From Betaproteobacteria bacterium Ga0077540 (GTDB lineage: Bacteria; Pseudomonadota; Gammaproteobacteria; Burkholderiales; Methylophilaceae): a stretch of 64,000 nt of DNA. Under the pieces are notes generated by a model, which saw nothing but the letters and a program-made list of their open reading frames with translations, ran no database searches and was not told where the DNA came from. The stretch lies in contig LNEP01000007.1 in NCBI GenBank assembly GCA_001464125.1, forward strand, positions 8,164 to 72,163, in the 5' to 3' direction. Below, piece after piece: positions 54,260 to 64,000 of this stretch (positions are counted from its first letter, which is position 1; each line of letters starts with the position of its first letter). The position numbers were made by a program, and so were the translations under genes.

Positions 54260-56077
54260 ATGTTTGACCCTAAACCCATTTTAAAAAACCTGCCCAATTT
54301 GCCCGGTGTTTATCGCATGATGAATGCTGAGGAAACCGTAATTTATGTAGGCAAGGCCAAAGACCTTAAAAAACGAGTTTCTAGCTATTTCAACAAAAAT
54401 CTGCCCAGCCCGCGCACCCGCATGATGGTGTCGCAGATTGCCAAAATAGAAACCACGGTGACGCGCTCCGAGGCTGAGGCCTTACTACTAGAAAATAACC
54501 TGATTAAAAGCTTGATGCCGCGCTATAACGTGCTGTTTCGAGACGACAAATCCTATCCTTATATTGCACTGACGGGCGATACCTTTCCAAGATTGGCGTT
54601 TCATCGTGGCACGCAACGCCAATCCACTAAATCCAATGGAAAGCATCAATATTTCGGGCCTTTCCCAAATGCTGTGGCTGTGCGTGAGAGCATCCAGCTT
54701 TTGCAAAAAGTGTTTAAGTTGCGCACCTGTGAGAATACGGTGTTTGCTAATCGCTCACGGCCTTGTTTGCAATACCAAATTGAGCGCTGTACCGCGCCTT
54801 GTGTGGATTACATTACCCCAGAAGCCTATGCGCAAGATGTGCATCATGCCGCCATGTTTTTAGAAGGCAAAACTAATGAGGTGTTAAATGCGCTTGGCGA
54901 TAAAATGAATACCGCAGCGGCTAATCAAGAATACGAGACAGCGGCAGTGTTCCGCGACCGCATGCAAGCCCTGCGGCAGGTGCAAGCCAAACAGTTTGTC
55001 AGTGACTTTAGTGTGTCGGATGCGGATGTGGTGGCGTGCCAGAGCCATGAAAATCAGCATTGTATTAACTTGGTAATGATTAGAGGTGGCAGACACATTG
55101 GCGATAAGAGCTTCTTTCCTAAAAATAGCCAAGATGCGGAGTTGAGCGAGACCCTGGAAGCTTTTTTAACCCAACATTACACGCCACAAAATACCCCACC
55201 CATGATTGTGTGCGGTGTAGACATTGCTGTTAAAAATTACGAAGAGTTGCTGAGTGAGCAAGCCAACCGCAAAATTCGTATCATCACCAACCCCATTGGG
55301 GATAAGCGTGTCTGGCTTAAAATGGCCGATACCAACGCAGAACTTGCATTGACGCAACGTGCAGCAAGCTCTGCTAATCAAGCGGCCAAATTGCTAGCAC
55401 TAAGAGAAGCGCTACATTTATCAGACACAGTTGAACGGATTGAGTGTTTTGATATTAGCCATACCATGGGCGAAGCCACGGTGGGGAGCTGTGTGGTCTT
55501 TGATAAAGGCGATATGCAGAACAGTGAATATCGTCGCTATAACATCAGTGGCATCACCCCTGGCGATGATTATGCAGCGATGCGTGATGTGTTGACCCGG
55601 CGTTATAAAAAGGTAGCAGCAGGCGAGGGTAAACGCCCAGACTTGGTGTTTATTGACGGAGGTAAAGGGCAGTTAGGTGTTGCCATTGAAGTGATGCAAG
55701 AAGTCGGTTTGGACGACATTTTGCTGGTGGGCATTGCTAAAGGTGAAGAGCGCAAACCGGGTTTGGAGACCATGATCTTCTCTGATACCGGCGAAATGCT
55801 TAATTTGGAAAGCGATAACGTAGGTTTGCACTTGTTGCAACGTATCCGTGATGAGGCACATCGATTTGCCATCACTGGGCATCGTGCTAAGCGCGCAAAA
55901 GCTCGCATCACATCTAGCCTAGAAGATATAGAGGGGGTAGGTGCCAAACGCCGCAAAGCCTTACTCACGAGATTCGGTGGTTTAGATGGCGTAAAAAATG
56001 CTAGCATAGACGAACTTGCAAAAGTCGATGGCGTCAGTCAATCGCTCGCAGAAAAAATATATGATCAATTACATTGA
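54260..56077 (+). CDS. uvrC: Excinuclease ABC subunit C
   Basis: GIY-YIG (PGVYRM..YVGKAK), ECFDISH, DGGKGQ, RDEAHRFA and HhH. Confidence 0.98.
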   Translation: MFDPKPILKNLPNLPGVYRMMNAEETVIYVGKAKDLKKRVSSYFNKNLPSPRTRMMVSQIAKIETTVTRSEAEALLLENNLIKSLMPRYNVLFRDDKSYPYIALTGDTFPRLAFHRGTQRQSTKSNGKHQYFGPFPNAVAVRESIQLLQKVFKLRTCENTVFANRSRPCLQYQIERCTAPCVDYITPEAYAQDVHHAAMFLEGKTNEVLNALGDKMNTAAANQEYETAAVFRDRMQALRQVQAKQFVSDFSVSDADVVACQSHENQHCINLVMIRGGRHIGDKSFFPKNSQDAELSETLEAFLTQHYTPQNTPPMIVCGVDIAVKNYEELLSEQANRKIRIITNPIGDKRVWLKMADTNAELALTQRAASSANQAAKLLALREALHLSDTVERIECFDISHTMGEATVGSCVVFDKGDMQNSEYRRYNISGITPGDDYAAMRDVLTRRYKKVAAGEGKRPDLVFIDGGKGQLGVAIEVMQEVGLDDILLVGIAKGEERKPGLETMIFSDTGEMLNLESDNVGLHLLQRIRDEAHRFAITGHRAKRAKARITSSLEDIEGVGAKRRKALLTRFGGLDGVKNASIDELAKVDGVSQSLAEKIYDQLH

Positions 56078-56088
56078 GTGATAAAAAC

Positions 56089-56676
56089 ATGTTGTGGAAT
56101 ATACCCAATATCTTGACTGTATTACGCATTGCCCTCATCCCCGTGTTCGTAGGGATTTTTTATTTGCCTAAAGATGCAATGACCTTGGCGGCATTTCCAG
56201 CGCACTGGGTAAATCTTACCGCAACCATCGTATTTGCATTAGCAGCCATTACCGATTGGTTGGATGGCTATTGGGCGCGCAAATTTAATCAAATGTCTGG
56301 CTTTGGTGCGTTTTTGGACCCAGTGGCCGATAAGTTAATGGTGGCTGCGGCCTTAATTGTATTGGTTGAGTTTGAACGAATTGGTGCTGTGATTGCCTTG
56401 ATTATTATTGGGCGAGAAATAGCGATTAGTGCCTTGCGTGAATGGATGGCCAACATTGGCAAAAGTAGCAATGTAGCTGTGGCCATGATAGGAAAAATTA
56501 AGACGGCTGCCCAGATGATTGCCATTTTACTTTTACTCTATTACGACAGTATCGGACCATTTAATACCAAGCTCATCGGGCAGGTGCTAATCGTGATTGC
56601 CGCAATTTTAACATTGGTATCAATGGCTTATTATCTAAAAGCTGCATGGCCGGTGATGAAAGATTCGATGAAATAA
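56089..56676 (+). CDS. pgsA: CDP-diacylglycerol--glycerol-3-phosphate 3-phosphatidyltransferase
   Basis: NIPNILT, TDWLDGYWAR...GAFLDPVADK. Confidence 0.95.
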   Translation: MLWNIPNILTVLRIALIPVFVGIFYLPKDAMTLAAFPAHWVNLTATIVFALAAITDWLDGYWARKFNQMSGFGAFLDPVADKLMVAAALIVLVEFERIGAVIALIIIGREIAISALREWMANIGKSSNVAVAMIGKIKTAAQMIAILLLLYYDSIGPFNTKLIGQVLIVIAAILTLVSMAYYLKAAWPVMKDSMK

Positions 56677-56729
56677 ATTGTCAAGAAAAATAATTCTTGG
56701 ATTATTGTGACAAAACCTGCAAATGCGCC

Positions 56730-56757
56730 TTGACACTAAATTTAAAATCGCTAAAAT
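56730..56757 (+). promoter_or_regulatory. Sigma-70 promoter of the tRNA operon
   Basis: TTGACA-N16-TAAAAT upstream of tRNA-Gly. Confidence 0.75.
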
Positions 56758-56805
56758 GCTCGCTTCTTTACGGCACTACACAAGTTTTAAAGTGTAAAGA
56801 CTAAT

Positions 56806-56881
56806 GCGGGAATAGCTCAGTTGGTAGAGCGCAACCTTGCCAAGGTTGAGGTCGCGAGTTCGAGACTCGTTTCCCGCTCCA
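56806..56881 (+). tRNA. tRNA-Gly(GCC)
   Basis: GCGGGAATAGCTCAGTTGGTAGAGCGCAACCTTGCCAAGGTTG...TTCGAG...TTCCCGCTCCA, 76 nt with encoded CCA. Confidence 0.98.
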
Positions 56882-56887
56882 AACATT

Positions 56888-56923
56888 AAAAAGGGAAAGC
56901 ACAATCAGTAGCTTTCCCTTTTT
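56888..56923 (+). terminator. Terminator-like hairpin between tRNA-Gly and tRNA-Cys
   Basis: aaaaagggaaagc-N10-gctttcccttttt. It may act as a processing signal or a partial terminator. Confidence 0.55.
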
Positions 56924-56958
56924 AGCTTAAACCTCTCAATGTTAGTTTGAGAGATCAC

Positions 56959-57032
56959 GGCGCGATAGCAAAGCGGTTATGCCGCGGCCTGCAAAGCCGT
57001 TTAGGCCGGTTCGACTCCGGCTCGCGCCTCCA
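56959..57032 (+). tRNA. tRNA-Cys(GCA)
   Basis: GGCGCGATAGCAAAGCGGTTATGCCGCGGCCTGCAAAGCCG...GGTTCGACTCCGGCTCGCGCCTCCA, 74 nt. Confidence 0.97.
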
Positions 57033-57219
57033 AAACTCTTAGTTTCCCAGATATACCGCTTATCCCACTCTGTTTCTCGATTTGATCGCCCATTGGTTTT
57101 AGTATGCTGTGCGTAGCTTTGCCGCAATTAGCTGGCAGTGACCGCGAATTATTGTTACATTAGTATGTGTTTGGCATTTGCAAATAAGAATTTTAATCGT
57201 ACTAAACAGGTTAATCGGA

Positions 57220-59391
57220 ATGAATTTAGAAAACAGTCAAATGCATTTAGAGGATCTGGTGGATCCGCAAGATGCAAGTTTTGATTCACTCTTGGGTTGT
57301 TTGATGTTGGCCTGCCGGGCGCATCATATCTCAACTACGCAGGATGCTGTGATTGCTGGTTTGCCATTGTCGAATGGCAAAATGACACCTGCTATTTTCA
57401 AGCGTGCCGCAGAGCGTATTGGCCTCTCTGTTTCTGTGTTTAAAAAACCACTGCAATCTATCCGCAAAGAATTTTTGCCGGTCACCTTGTTATTACACAA
57501 CGATGAAGCATGCAAACTCTCCCGTATTGATTACGCCACCAATATGGCGCATGTTATTTTTCCAGAGTTGGGGGATGCAGAAACAGCCCTTCCCTTGGCA
57601 GAGCTAGAAGCCAAATATGCGGGTTACTTTATTACCGTCAAGCCCAAATATATCTTTGATAAACGTGCGCCAGAAGTCGGTAAAGTGCGCTTGCGGCATT
57701 GGTTTTGGGGCGCTTTGGCGGAGAATAAGCGCATCTACCGCGATGTGTTGTTAGCCGCCTTCCTGGTCAATATGTTTGCCTTGGCCATGCCCATGTTTAC
57801 CATGAATGTGTATGACCGTATTGTGCCCAACCGTGCGATTGAAACCATGTGGGTCATGGGTTTGGGTGTGCTGATTATTGTGGTGGGTGATTTGATTTTA
57901 CGCACCATGCGCGCCTACTTTTTGGATTGGGCCAGTGCGCGAATTGATGTGAAGTTAAGTGCACGTATTATGGAGCAGGTACTAGGTATTCATTTGGATC
58001 AGCGCCCAAACTCCGTTGGTTCCTTTGCTTCCAATTTGCGTTCGTTTGAGAGTGTGCGTGATTTTATTACCTCAGCCACCGTGACAGCGCTGATTGACTT
58101 ACCGTTTGGCATTATCTTTATTATTGTGATTGCTTGGATTAATTGGGTGATGGTATTGCCGGTGGTGATTGGTGGTATTGTGATGTTGCTGTACGCGCTA
58201 AGTGTACAAACCAAAATGCATGAACTGTCAGAAACCATGTACCGTGCCGGAGCGTTGCGTAATGCCACGCTCATCGAGAGTTTGGTGGGTCTGGAGACAA
58301 TTAAATCACTGGGTATTGAAGGCAATATGCAGCGTAAGTGGGAGCATAGTGCCCGATATCTAACCGAGGTTGGCAGTAAGTTACGCCTTCTTTCATCCTC
58401 CATCAATAACGGCTCAAACGCAATCCAGCAAACCATCACTGTGGTGTTAGTGTTATTGGGCGTCTATATGGTTACCGCAGGCGACCTCACCATGGGGGGC
58501 TTGATTGCAACCACCATGTTGGCATCCAGAGCGTTAGCACCGATTGCGCAAACCGCAGGTTTGTTGAGTCAATATCATACTGCATCCACCTCGTTACAGT
58601 CTTTGGACGAGATTATGCGCAAAACGGTAGAACGTCCTGCCGATTCTAATTTTTTATCTCGCCCCAGTTTTCGTGGCGATATCGAGTTTCGCGAGGTCAG
58701 CTTTAAGTACCCAGAATCCGAGCAAAATGCATTAACTAAAGTGTCATTTAAAATCAAAGCGGGTGAGCATGTGGCTTTGTTGGGACGCATGGGCTCCGGC
58801 AAAACCACCATCAATAAATTGATTTTGGGCTTATACCAACCGACAGAAGGCGCTATTTTGATTGATGGTATTGATTTAAGACAAATCGACCCTGCCGAGT
58901 TACGTCGTAGTATAGGGTATGTGCAACAAGACACCCATTTGTTTTACGGTACTTTGCGCGAGAATATCACCATGCGTGCCCCGCATAGCAACGATGCCGC
59001 TGTGTTAGCAGCAGCGCATATTGGTGGCATAGATGAATTTGCTAACTCGCATCCAAAGGGTTTTGATTTGTTAGTTGGCGAGCGGGGTGAGACTTTATCT
59101 GGTGGTCAAAAGCAAGCCGTGGGAATTGCCAGAGCATTTGTGACCAGCCCAAGTATTGTTTTACTAGATGAGCCCACTAGTGCAATGGACCATTCTGGTG
59201 AGGATGCCGTAAAGAAAAGGCTTGCCGAAGCAAGTGCAGATAAAACGATGGTGTTAATTAGTCACCGCTCTGGCTTGTTTGATTTGGTGTCCAGATTAAT
59301 CGTGATTGATGCTGGCCGTGTGGTGGCCGATGGCAACAAACAGGACGTCATTGAGGCATTACGTGCCGGCAAAGTGGGCAAGGCATATTGA
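57220..59391 (+). CDS. Type I secretion permease/ATPase (LapB/LssB family)
   Basis: N-terminal C39-like domain, RHWFW, NVYDRIVP, Walker A GRMGSGKT, LSGGQ and LLDEPT. Confidence 0.92.
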   Translation: MNLENSQMHLEDLVDPQDASFDSLLGCLMLACRAHHISTTQDAVIAGLPLSNGKMTPAIFKRAAERIGLSVSVFKKPLQSIRKEFLPVTLLLHNDEACKLSRIDYATNMAHVIFPELGDAETALPLAELEAKYAGYFITVKPKYIFDKRAPEVGKVRLRHWFWGALAENKRIYRDVLLAAFLVNMFALAMPMFTMNVYDRIVPNRAIETMWVMGLGVLIIVVGDLILRTMRAYFLDWASARIDVKLSARIMEQVLGIHLDQRPNSVGSFASNLRSFESVRDFITSATVTALIDLPFGIIFIIVIAWINWVMVLPVVIGGIVMLLYALSVQTKMHELSETMYRAGALRNATLIESLVGLETIKSLGIEGNMQRKWEHSARYLTEVGSKLRLLSSSINNGSNAIQQTITVVLVLLGVYMVTAGDLTMGGLIATTMLASRALAPIAQTAGLLSQYHTASTSLQSLDEIMRKTVERPADSNFLSRPSFRGDIEFREVSFKYPESEQNALTKVSFKIKAGEHVALLGRMGSGKTTINKLILGLYQPTEGAILIDGIDLRQIDPAELRRSIGYVQQDTHLFYGTLRENITMRAPHSNDAAVLAAAHIGGIDEFANSHPKGFDLLVGERGETLSGGQKQAVGIARAFVTSPSIVLLDEPTSAMDHSGEDAVKKRLAEASADKTMVLISHRSGLFDLVSRLIVIDAGRVVADGNKQDVIEALRAGKVGKAY

Positions 59392-59400
59392 TTAGGATGC

Positions 59401-60816
59401 ATGATGCGTGAGGGGATATTTAAAAGTATTGGTAAATTCACCGGTGTATTTGGCGGTCGGCATTGGTTGGCTAAACCTATTCATGCCTTGATGGATCGTG
59501 CTGTTCCCGTTGAAACGCGCGAAGTGCTGGCTTGGGACGAAGAGGCGGATGTTGCCATTGTTGAACAAAACCCGCTCAAGGCCAGAAAACTTCTTTATAC
59601 CATTCTAATCATCTTGGTCGCCCTCTTAATATGGGCGGCGTTTGCAAAGGTAGATGAAATTTCACGAGGTGATGGCAGGGTTGTGCCGTCACGCCAAGTG
59701 CAAGTGATTCAATCCCTAGACGGCGGCATTGTTTCTGAAATACTGGTGGAAGCCGGGGATACCGTTAAAGTGGCTACCCCATTAATTAAAATTGATGAAA
59801 CGCGTGCGGTGTCCTCACTGAAAGAAAATCAGGGGCAATACCTAGCGTTGTTAGCAAAGGAAGCGCGTTTAAAAGCGCTGGCCAATGGCACGTCGTATAA
59901 CCCACCATCACAAGTAAAAGAAGAGATGCCGCAGGCCTATGAACAGGAATATGCTCTTTTTAATGCTAGCCGTGAAGAATTAAACTCTACCTTGAACATT
60001 GCACGCGACCAAATGGTGCAACGTGAAAAGGAGTTGATAGAAGTACAATTTAAAAAAGAATTGGCTGAAAAGACCTACGAATCTACAAACAAAGAATTGC
60101 AAGCCAACAAACCATTGCTTGCCAGTGGCGCGGTGTCTGAGATTGATATTTTGAGGTTGGAGCGTGAGGCCACCAGAGCGCGTGGCGACATTGATCAATC
60201 ACGCGCGCAATTAAGCCGTATTCAAGTGGCGATTTCTGAAGCTAAGCGCAAAATTTCAGAGGCTGAGCAAACCTTTAGAAGTAAAGTGCGTACTGAACTT
60301 AACGAGACATCCGCTAAAATCAACAGCTTGACGCAAACAAGTGTGGCGCTCTCTGATAAGGTGAAACAATCTACTTTGAAATCGCCCGTCAATGGTAAGG
60401 TGAGCCGCCTGTTTTTTAATACCGTAGGTGGTGTGATACAGCCAGGGAAAGAAGTCATGGAAGTGGTGCCAACCGATGATAGCCTGATCTTGGAGACCAA
60501 AGTGCAGATTAAAGATATTGCATTTATTCGCCCAGAGCAGGCCGCTATTATTAAATTGACCGCCTATGATTACACTATTTATGGCACGTTAGATGGGGTA
60601 GTGGAGAGCATTGCAGCGGATTCCACTGTGGATGACAAAGGCAATGCTTATTACATTGTCAAAGTACGTACTTTAAAATCTGAGTTGGGTAAGGGCTTGC
60701 CCATTATCCCCGGTATGATGGCACAAGTGGACATTTTAACCGGCAAAAAAACTGTGCTTAACTACCTTCTCAAGCCCGTGCTTAAAGCCAAATCTTATGC
60801 GTTTAGCGAGAGATAA
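59401..60816 (+). CDS. HlyD-family type I secretion adaptor (LapC-like)
   Basis: TM followed by WA...DE, QSLDGG, a coiled coil, SPVNG, AYDYTIYG and PGM...YLLKP. Confidence 0.93.
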   Translation: MMREGIFKSIGKFTGVFGGRHWLAKPIHALMDRAVPVETREVLAWDEEADVAIVEQNPLKARKLLYTILIILVALLIWAAFAKVDEISRGDGRVVPSRQVQVIQSLDGGIVSEILVEAGDTVKVATPLIKIDETRAVSSLKENQGQYLALLAKEARLKALANGTSYNPPSQVKEEMPQAYEQEYALFNASREELNSTLNIARDQMVQREKELIEVQFKKELAEKTYESTNKELQANKPLLASGAVSEIDILRLEREATRARGDIDQSRAQLSRIQVAISEAKRKISEAEQTFRSKVRTELNETSAKINSLTQTSVALSDKVKQSTLKSPVNGKVSRLFFNTVGGVIQPGKEVMEVVPTDDSLILETKVQIKDIAFIRPEQAAIIKLTAYDYTIYGTLDGVVESIAADSTVDDKGNAYYIVKVRTLKSELGKGLPIIPGMMAQVDILTGKKTVLNYLLKPVLKAKSYAFSER

Positions 60817-60831
60817 CAAGAACAACATTTC

Positions 60832-61458
60832 ATGATGCAAGATATTTTTGTCACAACCTTAGCGCAACCTTTGCAAAGTTGGCAGCAAGCATTTGCAGAT
60901 TGCAAATGCGTTAAAGAAGTTCCTTCAAGCCGTCAGCCTCAGGCAGAGCAGGTGATGTTCTGGTTGCATATGAACGAAGACCGCCAACACTGGATGCAGG
61001 GCGCCGTGCAACGTATTGCTGAGCACTATCCCAATGCAAAAATTGTGGTGCTGGCCAATGCACCTGATCAAGCCGAGGCATTATATGCGCTGAGTCTTGG
61101 GGCGGTAGGGTATAGCCATGCCTATGCCAGTGCAGAGGCTTTGAAAGAAATTAAAACGGTGATTGAACACGGCGGCTTGTGGTTAGGCAATAGTTTGCTA
61201 CAAAAGCTGATAGAGGTTTCAACCAAGCTGACCACGACCAAAACACACCATGTAGAATCACTGCTTGATCAATTGACTCAGCGCGAGCGAGAAGTGGCGG
61301 TGGAGGCAGCAAAAGGCTTAAGTAATAAAGAAATTGCGCGTATCTTAGCCATTACAGAACGTACCGTAAAAGCGCATCTGGCCTCTATTTTTGAGCGATT
61401 GAAAGTCAAAGATAGACTGCATCTGGCCTTGATGCTCAATCAAAATTACACGCTTTAA
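60832..61458 (+). CDS. LuxR-family regulator with a degenerate receiver domain
   Basis: C-terminal LTQREREV...GLSNKEIA...TERTVKAHL. The N-terminal REC-like domain lacks the phospho-accepting Asp. Confidence 0.88.
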   Translation: MMQDIFVTTLAQPLQSWQQAFADCKCVKEVPSSRQPQAEQVMFWLHMNEDRQHWMQGAVQRIAEHYPNAKIVVLANAPDQAEALYALSLGAVGYSHAYASAEALKEIKTVIEHGGLWLGNSLLQKLIEVSTKLTTTKTHHVESLLDQLTQREREVAVEAAKGLSNKEIARILAITERTVKAHLASIFERLKVKDRLHLALMLNQNYTL

Positions 61459-61561
61459 TGGCTTGAGCAGTCAATGCTAATACAAGCTGTAAACGCCATT
61501 AGCGTTCTGTTACTAAATCTCATCTAAGTTAGTTAATTACTAAATATACTAAACTTCATGC

Positions 61562-63487
61562 CTATTCTTGGTTAAGCTTTACCCCAGGCCCAGTGAAGCC
61601 ATCAATGCCAATCTCAGTCAGTGCAGTCATTTCCGCTTCTGTATTCACGCCTTCGGCAATCGCGTAAATCCCAATCGAATGCGTGACCAAACATAAGCCA
61701 CGTAACAGGGATTTATTGGCATCATGCATGTCTATGCCACGCACCAGTGAAGCATCAAATTTAATATAGTCTAAGCCTAAGTCATGTAACTCACCCAGCC
61801 TTGAGATTCTCAAATTGACATGCTCCACACCCACGCGGCAACCTAGGGCTTTTAGTTTACGGGCGAAGACTTTAAATTCATTTAGATAGTTGAATGCAGC
61901 AATTTCTGGCACCTCAAAACTTAATAAATCGGTGTTGATGCCAGGTTGTTTTAATAAGGCTTCAGCCGTTTTGAGATAAGCCTTGTCGCGCATTGTTCCT
62001 TCGGAAATATTCAAGCAAATGGGTTCCTGATGTTGTGCTAGCAGACCAACAGCTGTCTCAAGTGCAAGGCTATCGATAGATTGAATGAGGTTCAGTTGGA
62101 TTGCCCAATCAATAAATTCACCGGCAGACAGCCATTTGCCATCTTCTTGTAATTGCAGACGCACTGGGCTCTCGTAATGAATCAACTCACCTTTCACAGT
62201 GAGCACAGGGTAATGTTCCAATTTAACGCGATGATGCGTGATGGCATCGCCCAGCAATGTCTTCCATTCATTGAGGTATTGGTGCTTGGTAGCGACGATG
62301 CTGTTGGCATTTACGATGCGGAAGTTTTGCGTGTTGTTGAGGTGTGAAAGCTCTAAGATGAAATCTAGCGCCTTGAACAAATGTTGGCTCTCGTCGGTAA
62401 ATTTGGTTTTAGTCACTACGCAAGCAAACAACGGCGGTTGGTGTTCTGCGTGTGTCAGTGTCATGGCATCTAAAAGATTCTCTTTAAAGTGTTGTGCCAG
62501 TGCAAACTCATCTTTGGGCTGATCGCAAAACACAGCAATATCGCGTCCGCTGATACGCCCAGCAATCATATGATCATGATGGCTGGTGATGGAAGTGATG
62601 GCGCCACTGATTTTTTTGAGCAGCAGGTTGGTCTTGTGATAGCCAATATCATGATCAATATCAGCCAAGTTGCAAATGCGGATAATAATTAGCGCGCCTT
62701 CGCTAAAGCCTTCTTGGTGTAGTTTTGAGTCCACTGTGTTGGTAAAGTAATCATGGTTCATCAAGCCCGTGGCATCGTCATAGTTGATTCTCATGCGAAG
62801 TTCATCTAGACGTTCAGACTCCTTGCTGAGGTTTTCTTTAATGCGCGCAGAGAGATGATTCATCTCTTTAACCACAGCCTTAAACTCTGTGGTTTTTGGT
62901 TCTTGAATGGTGATAAATCTGCGCTCACCAATGGCTTGTGCCTGCTCTATCACTTCATCTAAGGGTTTGAGTATGCGTCTGAGTAACTGGCCACAGGCAA
63001 TGTAAGTAATCAAGCTGATAGAAAGCACCCAAATCAGCATGTTTTTCAAGGCGCTCCATAGTCGGTCATACGTAAAGTTGACATCACTTTCCACATGCAC
63101 TGTGCCGTATTGCGTCCATCCGGTTTGAATGTTGGATGAACCGGGGATGACTTTGATGGTAAATAGCTTTTTAAACCAATCTGGCGCAGAAGTTTGAGAG
63201 TCTGGATTGACGCGCTCGGTAATGACTTTGCCATTTGGGTCAAATAATCCGATATAGCGATAATGCCCGGCATCAAACTGCGCAGAGATAAATAAATCAA
63301 TGGTGATGGGGTCTTTTTCCATCTGCGACATGGCCAGTGCGAGCACATTCGCGTTATCAAGATTTTTCTTAAGCAATTCTTCTTCTAAATACGCTTTGCT
63401 ATCCAATGTACTGAAAATAAGGCTACCGCCAGCAGTGGCAATAATGACAAGAAATAAAGCGATCCTAATTTGATGTATGAGCGACAT
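61562..63487 (-). CDS. lapD: LapD-like c-di-GMP receptor (periplasmic-HAMP-GGDEF-EAL, degenerate)
   Basis: QFDAGHY..I, PDWF and GWTQYG periplasmic motifs, HAMP, degenerate GGDEF (SGRDI) and degenerate EAL (YESPVRL). Adjacent to lapG. Confidence 0.85.
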   Translation of the reverse strand: MSLIHQIRIALFLVIIATAGGSLIFSTLDSKAYLEEELLKKNLDNANVLALAMSQMEKDPITIDLFISAQFDAGHYRYIGLFDPNGKVITERVNPDSQTSAPDWFKKLFTIKVIPGSSNIQTGWTQYGTVHVESDVNFTYDRLWSALKNMLIWVLSISLITYIACGQLLRRILKPLDEVIEQAQAIGERRFITIQEPKTTEFKAVVKEMNHLSARIKENLSKESERLDELRMRINYDDATGLMNHDYFTNTVDSKLHQEGFSEGALIIIRICNLADIDHDIGYHKTNLLLKKISGAITSITSHHDHMIAGRISGRDIAVFCDQPKDEFALAQHFKENLLDAMTLTHAEHQPPLFACVVTKTKFTDESQHLFKALDFILELSHLNNTQNFRIVNANSIVATKHQYLNEWKTLLGDAITHHRVKLEHYPVLTVKGELIHYESPVRLQLQEDGKWLSAGEFIDWAIQLNLIQSIDSLALETAVGLLAQHQEPICLNISEGTMRDKAYLKTAEALLKQPGINTDLLSFEVPEIAAFNYLNEFKVFARKLKALGCRVGVEHVNLRISRLGELHDLGLDYIKFDASLVRGIDMHDANKSLLRGLCLVTHSIGIYAIAEGVNTEAEMTALTEIGIDGFTGPGVKLNQE

Positions 63488-63506
63488 AATCTGTTCCTTC
63501 TACCTT

Positions 63507-64000
63507 TTATTCTATTCCATCTGCACGAATACGTAATAGCACGTCTCGCCATTTTGATAAATGTTGTTGCGAGCTGGCTTTGGGTTGTGTACTACCACCC
63601 ACCCATAACCCTTTATCGTTAAAGCTAAAAATTGGGCTTAAATCGGTACGTTGTGATGCGGGCAGGATGTCCGGCGTTAAGTTATCTAAGATGAGTGGCT
63701 CGGCAGTGGGTGATTTGTAATAACTAACCACCATATGTGCTCTAACCACTTTTACATCTTGGTCGTATAACTGCGCTCTTACATAGGTTAAGCGTAATTT
63801 TTCATTGGGAATGTTGAGTGCTTTTAAGAACACGTATTTAGCAATACTAAAATCTTCACAGTCTCCAGCATGCATGCCGATAGATTCTAGTGGTGTAGCC
63901 CAGTAATCTGATGTCTTCCATAGATTGATATCATCTACAAATTCAAGTTTTTGGTTAAAAAAGCCGTTAACCGCAATGAGCTTGTCCTCGTCTGAAGCAT
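63507..64000 (-). CDS. lapG: LapG-like transglutaminase-like cysteine protease (BTLCP), 5' end outside the window
   Basis: The frame continues to the edge: ...VNGFFN...DD...W...DYWATPLES.G..AGDCEDFSIAKY...AHMV...LILDNL. Cys-His-Asp triad present. Confidence 0.9.
   Translation of the reverse strand, partial: ASDEDKLIAVNGFFNQKLEFVDDINLWKTSDYWATPLESIGMHAGDCEDFSIAKYVFLKALNIPNEKLRLTYVRAQLYDQDVKVVRAHMVVSYYKSPTAEPLILDNLTPDILPASQRTDLSPIFSFNDKGLWVGGSTQPKASSQQHLSKWRDVLLRIRADGIE

Noticed and set aside
57170-57185. TTGGCATTTGCA as a sigma-54 promoter for the T1SS
   Set aside because: The GG-to-GC spacing is far shorter than the required 10 nt.
56806-57220. tRNA-anchored genomic island or prophage
   Set aside because: No integrase and no duplicated tRNA 3' end were seen in the window, and the downstream genes look native in composition.
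60832-61458. VpsT/CsgD-like c-di-GMP binding by the LuxR regulator
   Set aside because: The equivalent motif reads WLGN rather than W[F/L/M][T/S]R.
61500-61560. Three TACTAAA repeats between luxR and lapD
   Set aside because: They are short, AT-rich, irregularly spaced and lie between convergent 3' ends. No function can be supported, and this is not a CRISPR array.

Overview
Chromosomal window from a betaproteobacterium. Gene content and synteny point to Methylophilaceae (Methylotenera-like), which is an inference. Left to right: (1) the ISC Fe-S operon (trmJ-cysE-iscR-second desulfurase-iscS-iscU-iscA-hscB-hscA, with hscA cut by the window edge); (2) suhB, mutS, a nitroreductase and a thioredoxin; (3) surE-pcm-nlpD with no rpoS; (4) wrbA, tamAB and purB; (5) a ~20 kb divergent central-carbon cluster around a GntR/SdhR regulator, holding prpBCD, mesaconyl-CoA hydratase, three CitE-superfamily enzymes, malic enzyme, sdhCDABE, an acyl-CoA ligase, a class I fumarase and acnB; (6) a compact, AT-richer ~6 kb locus with a NodE-like ketosynthase, a dedicated ACP, an RpfF-like DSF synthase, an RpfC-like hybrid kinase with a sigma-54 promoter, and a CFA-family methyltransferase; (7) housekeeping and metal-related genes, then uvrC-pgsA-tRNA-Gly-tRNA-Cys; (8) a Lap-type T1SS/LapD/LapG biofilm module. 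There are two best candidates for undescribed systems. One is the DSF-type signalling locus with its own acyl-chain building and tailoring enzymes. The other is a possible citramalate/mesaconate-methylcitrate cycle. Three diverged RPE-1-like palindromic elements with conserved structure sit in intergenic spaces. No CRISPR array, rRNA, integrase or transposase was seen. All family calls come from motif recognition without database searches.
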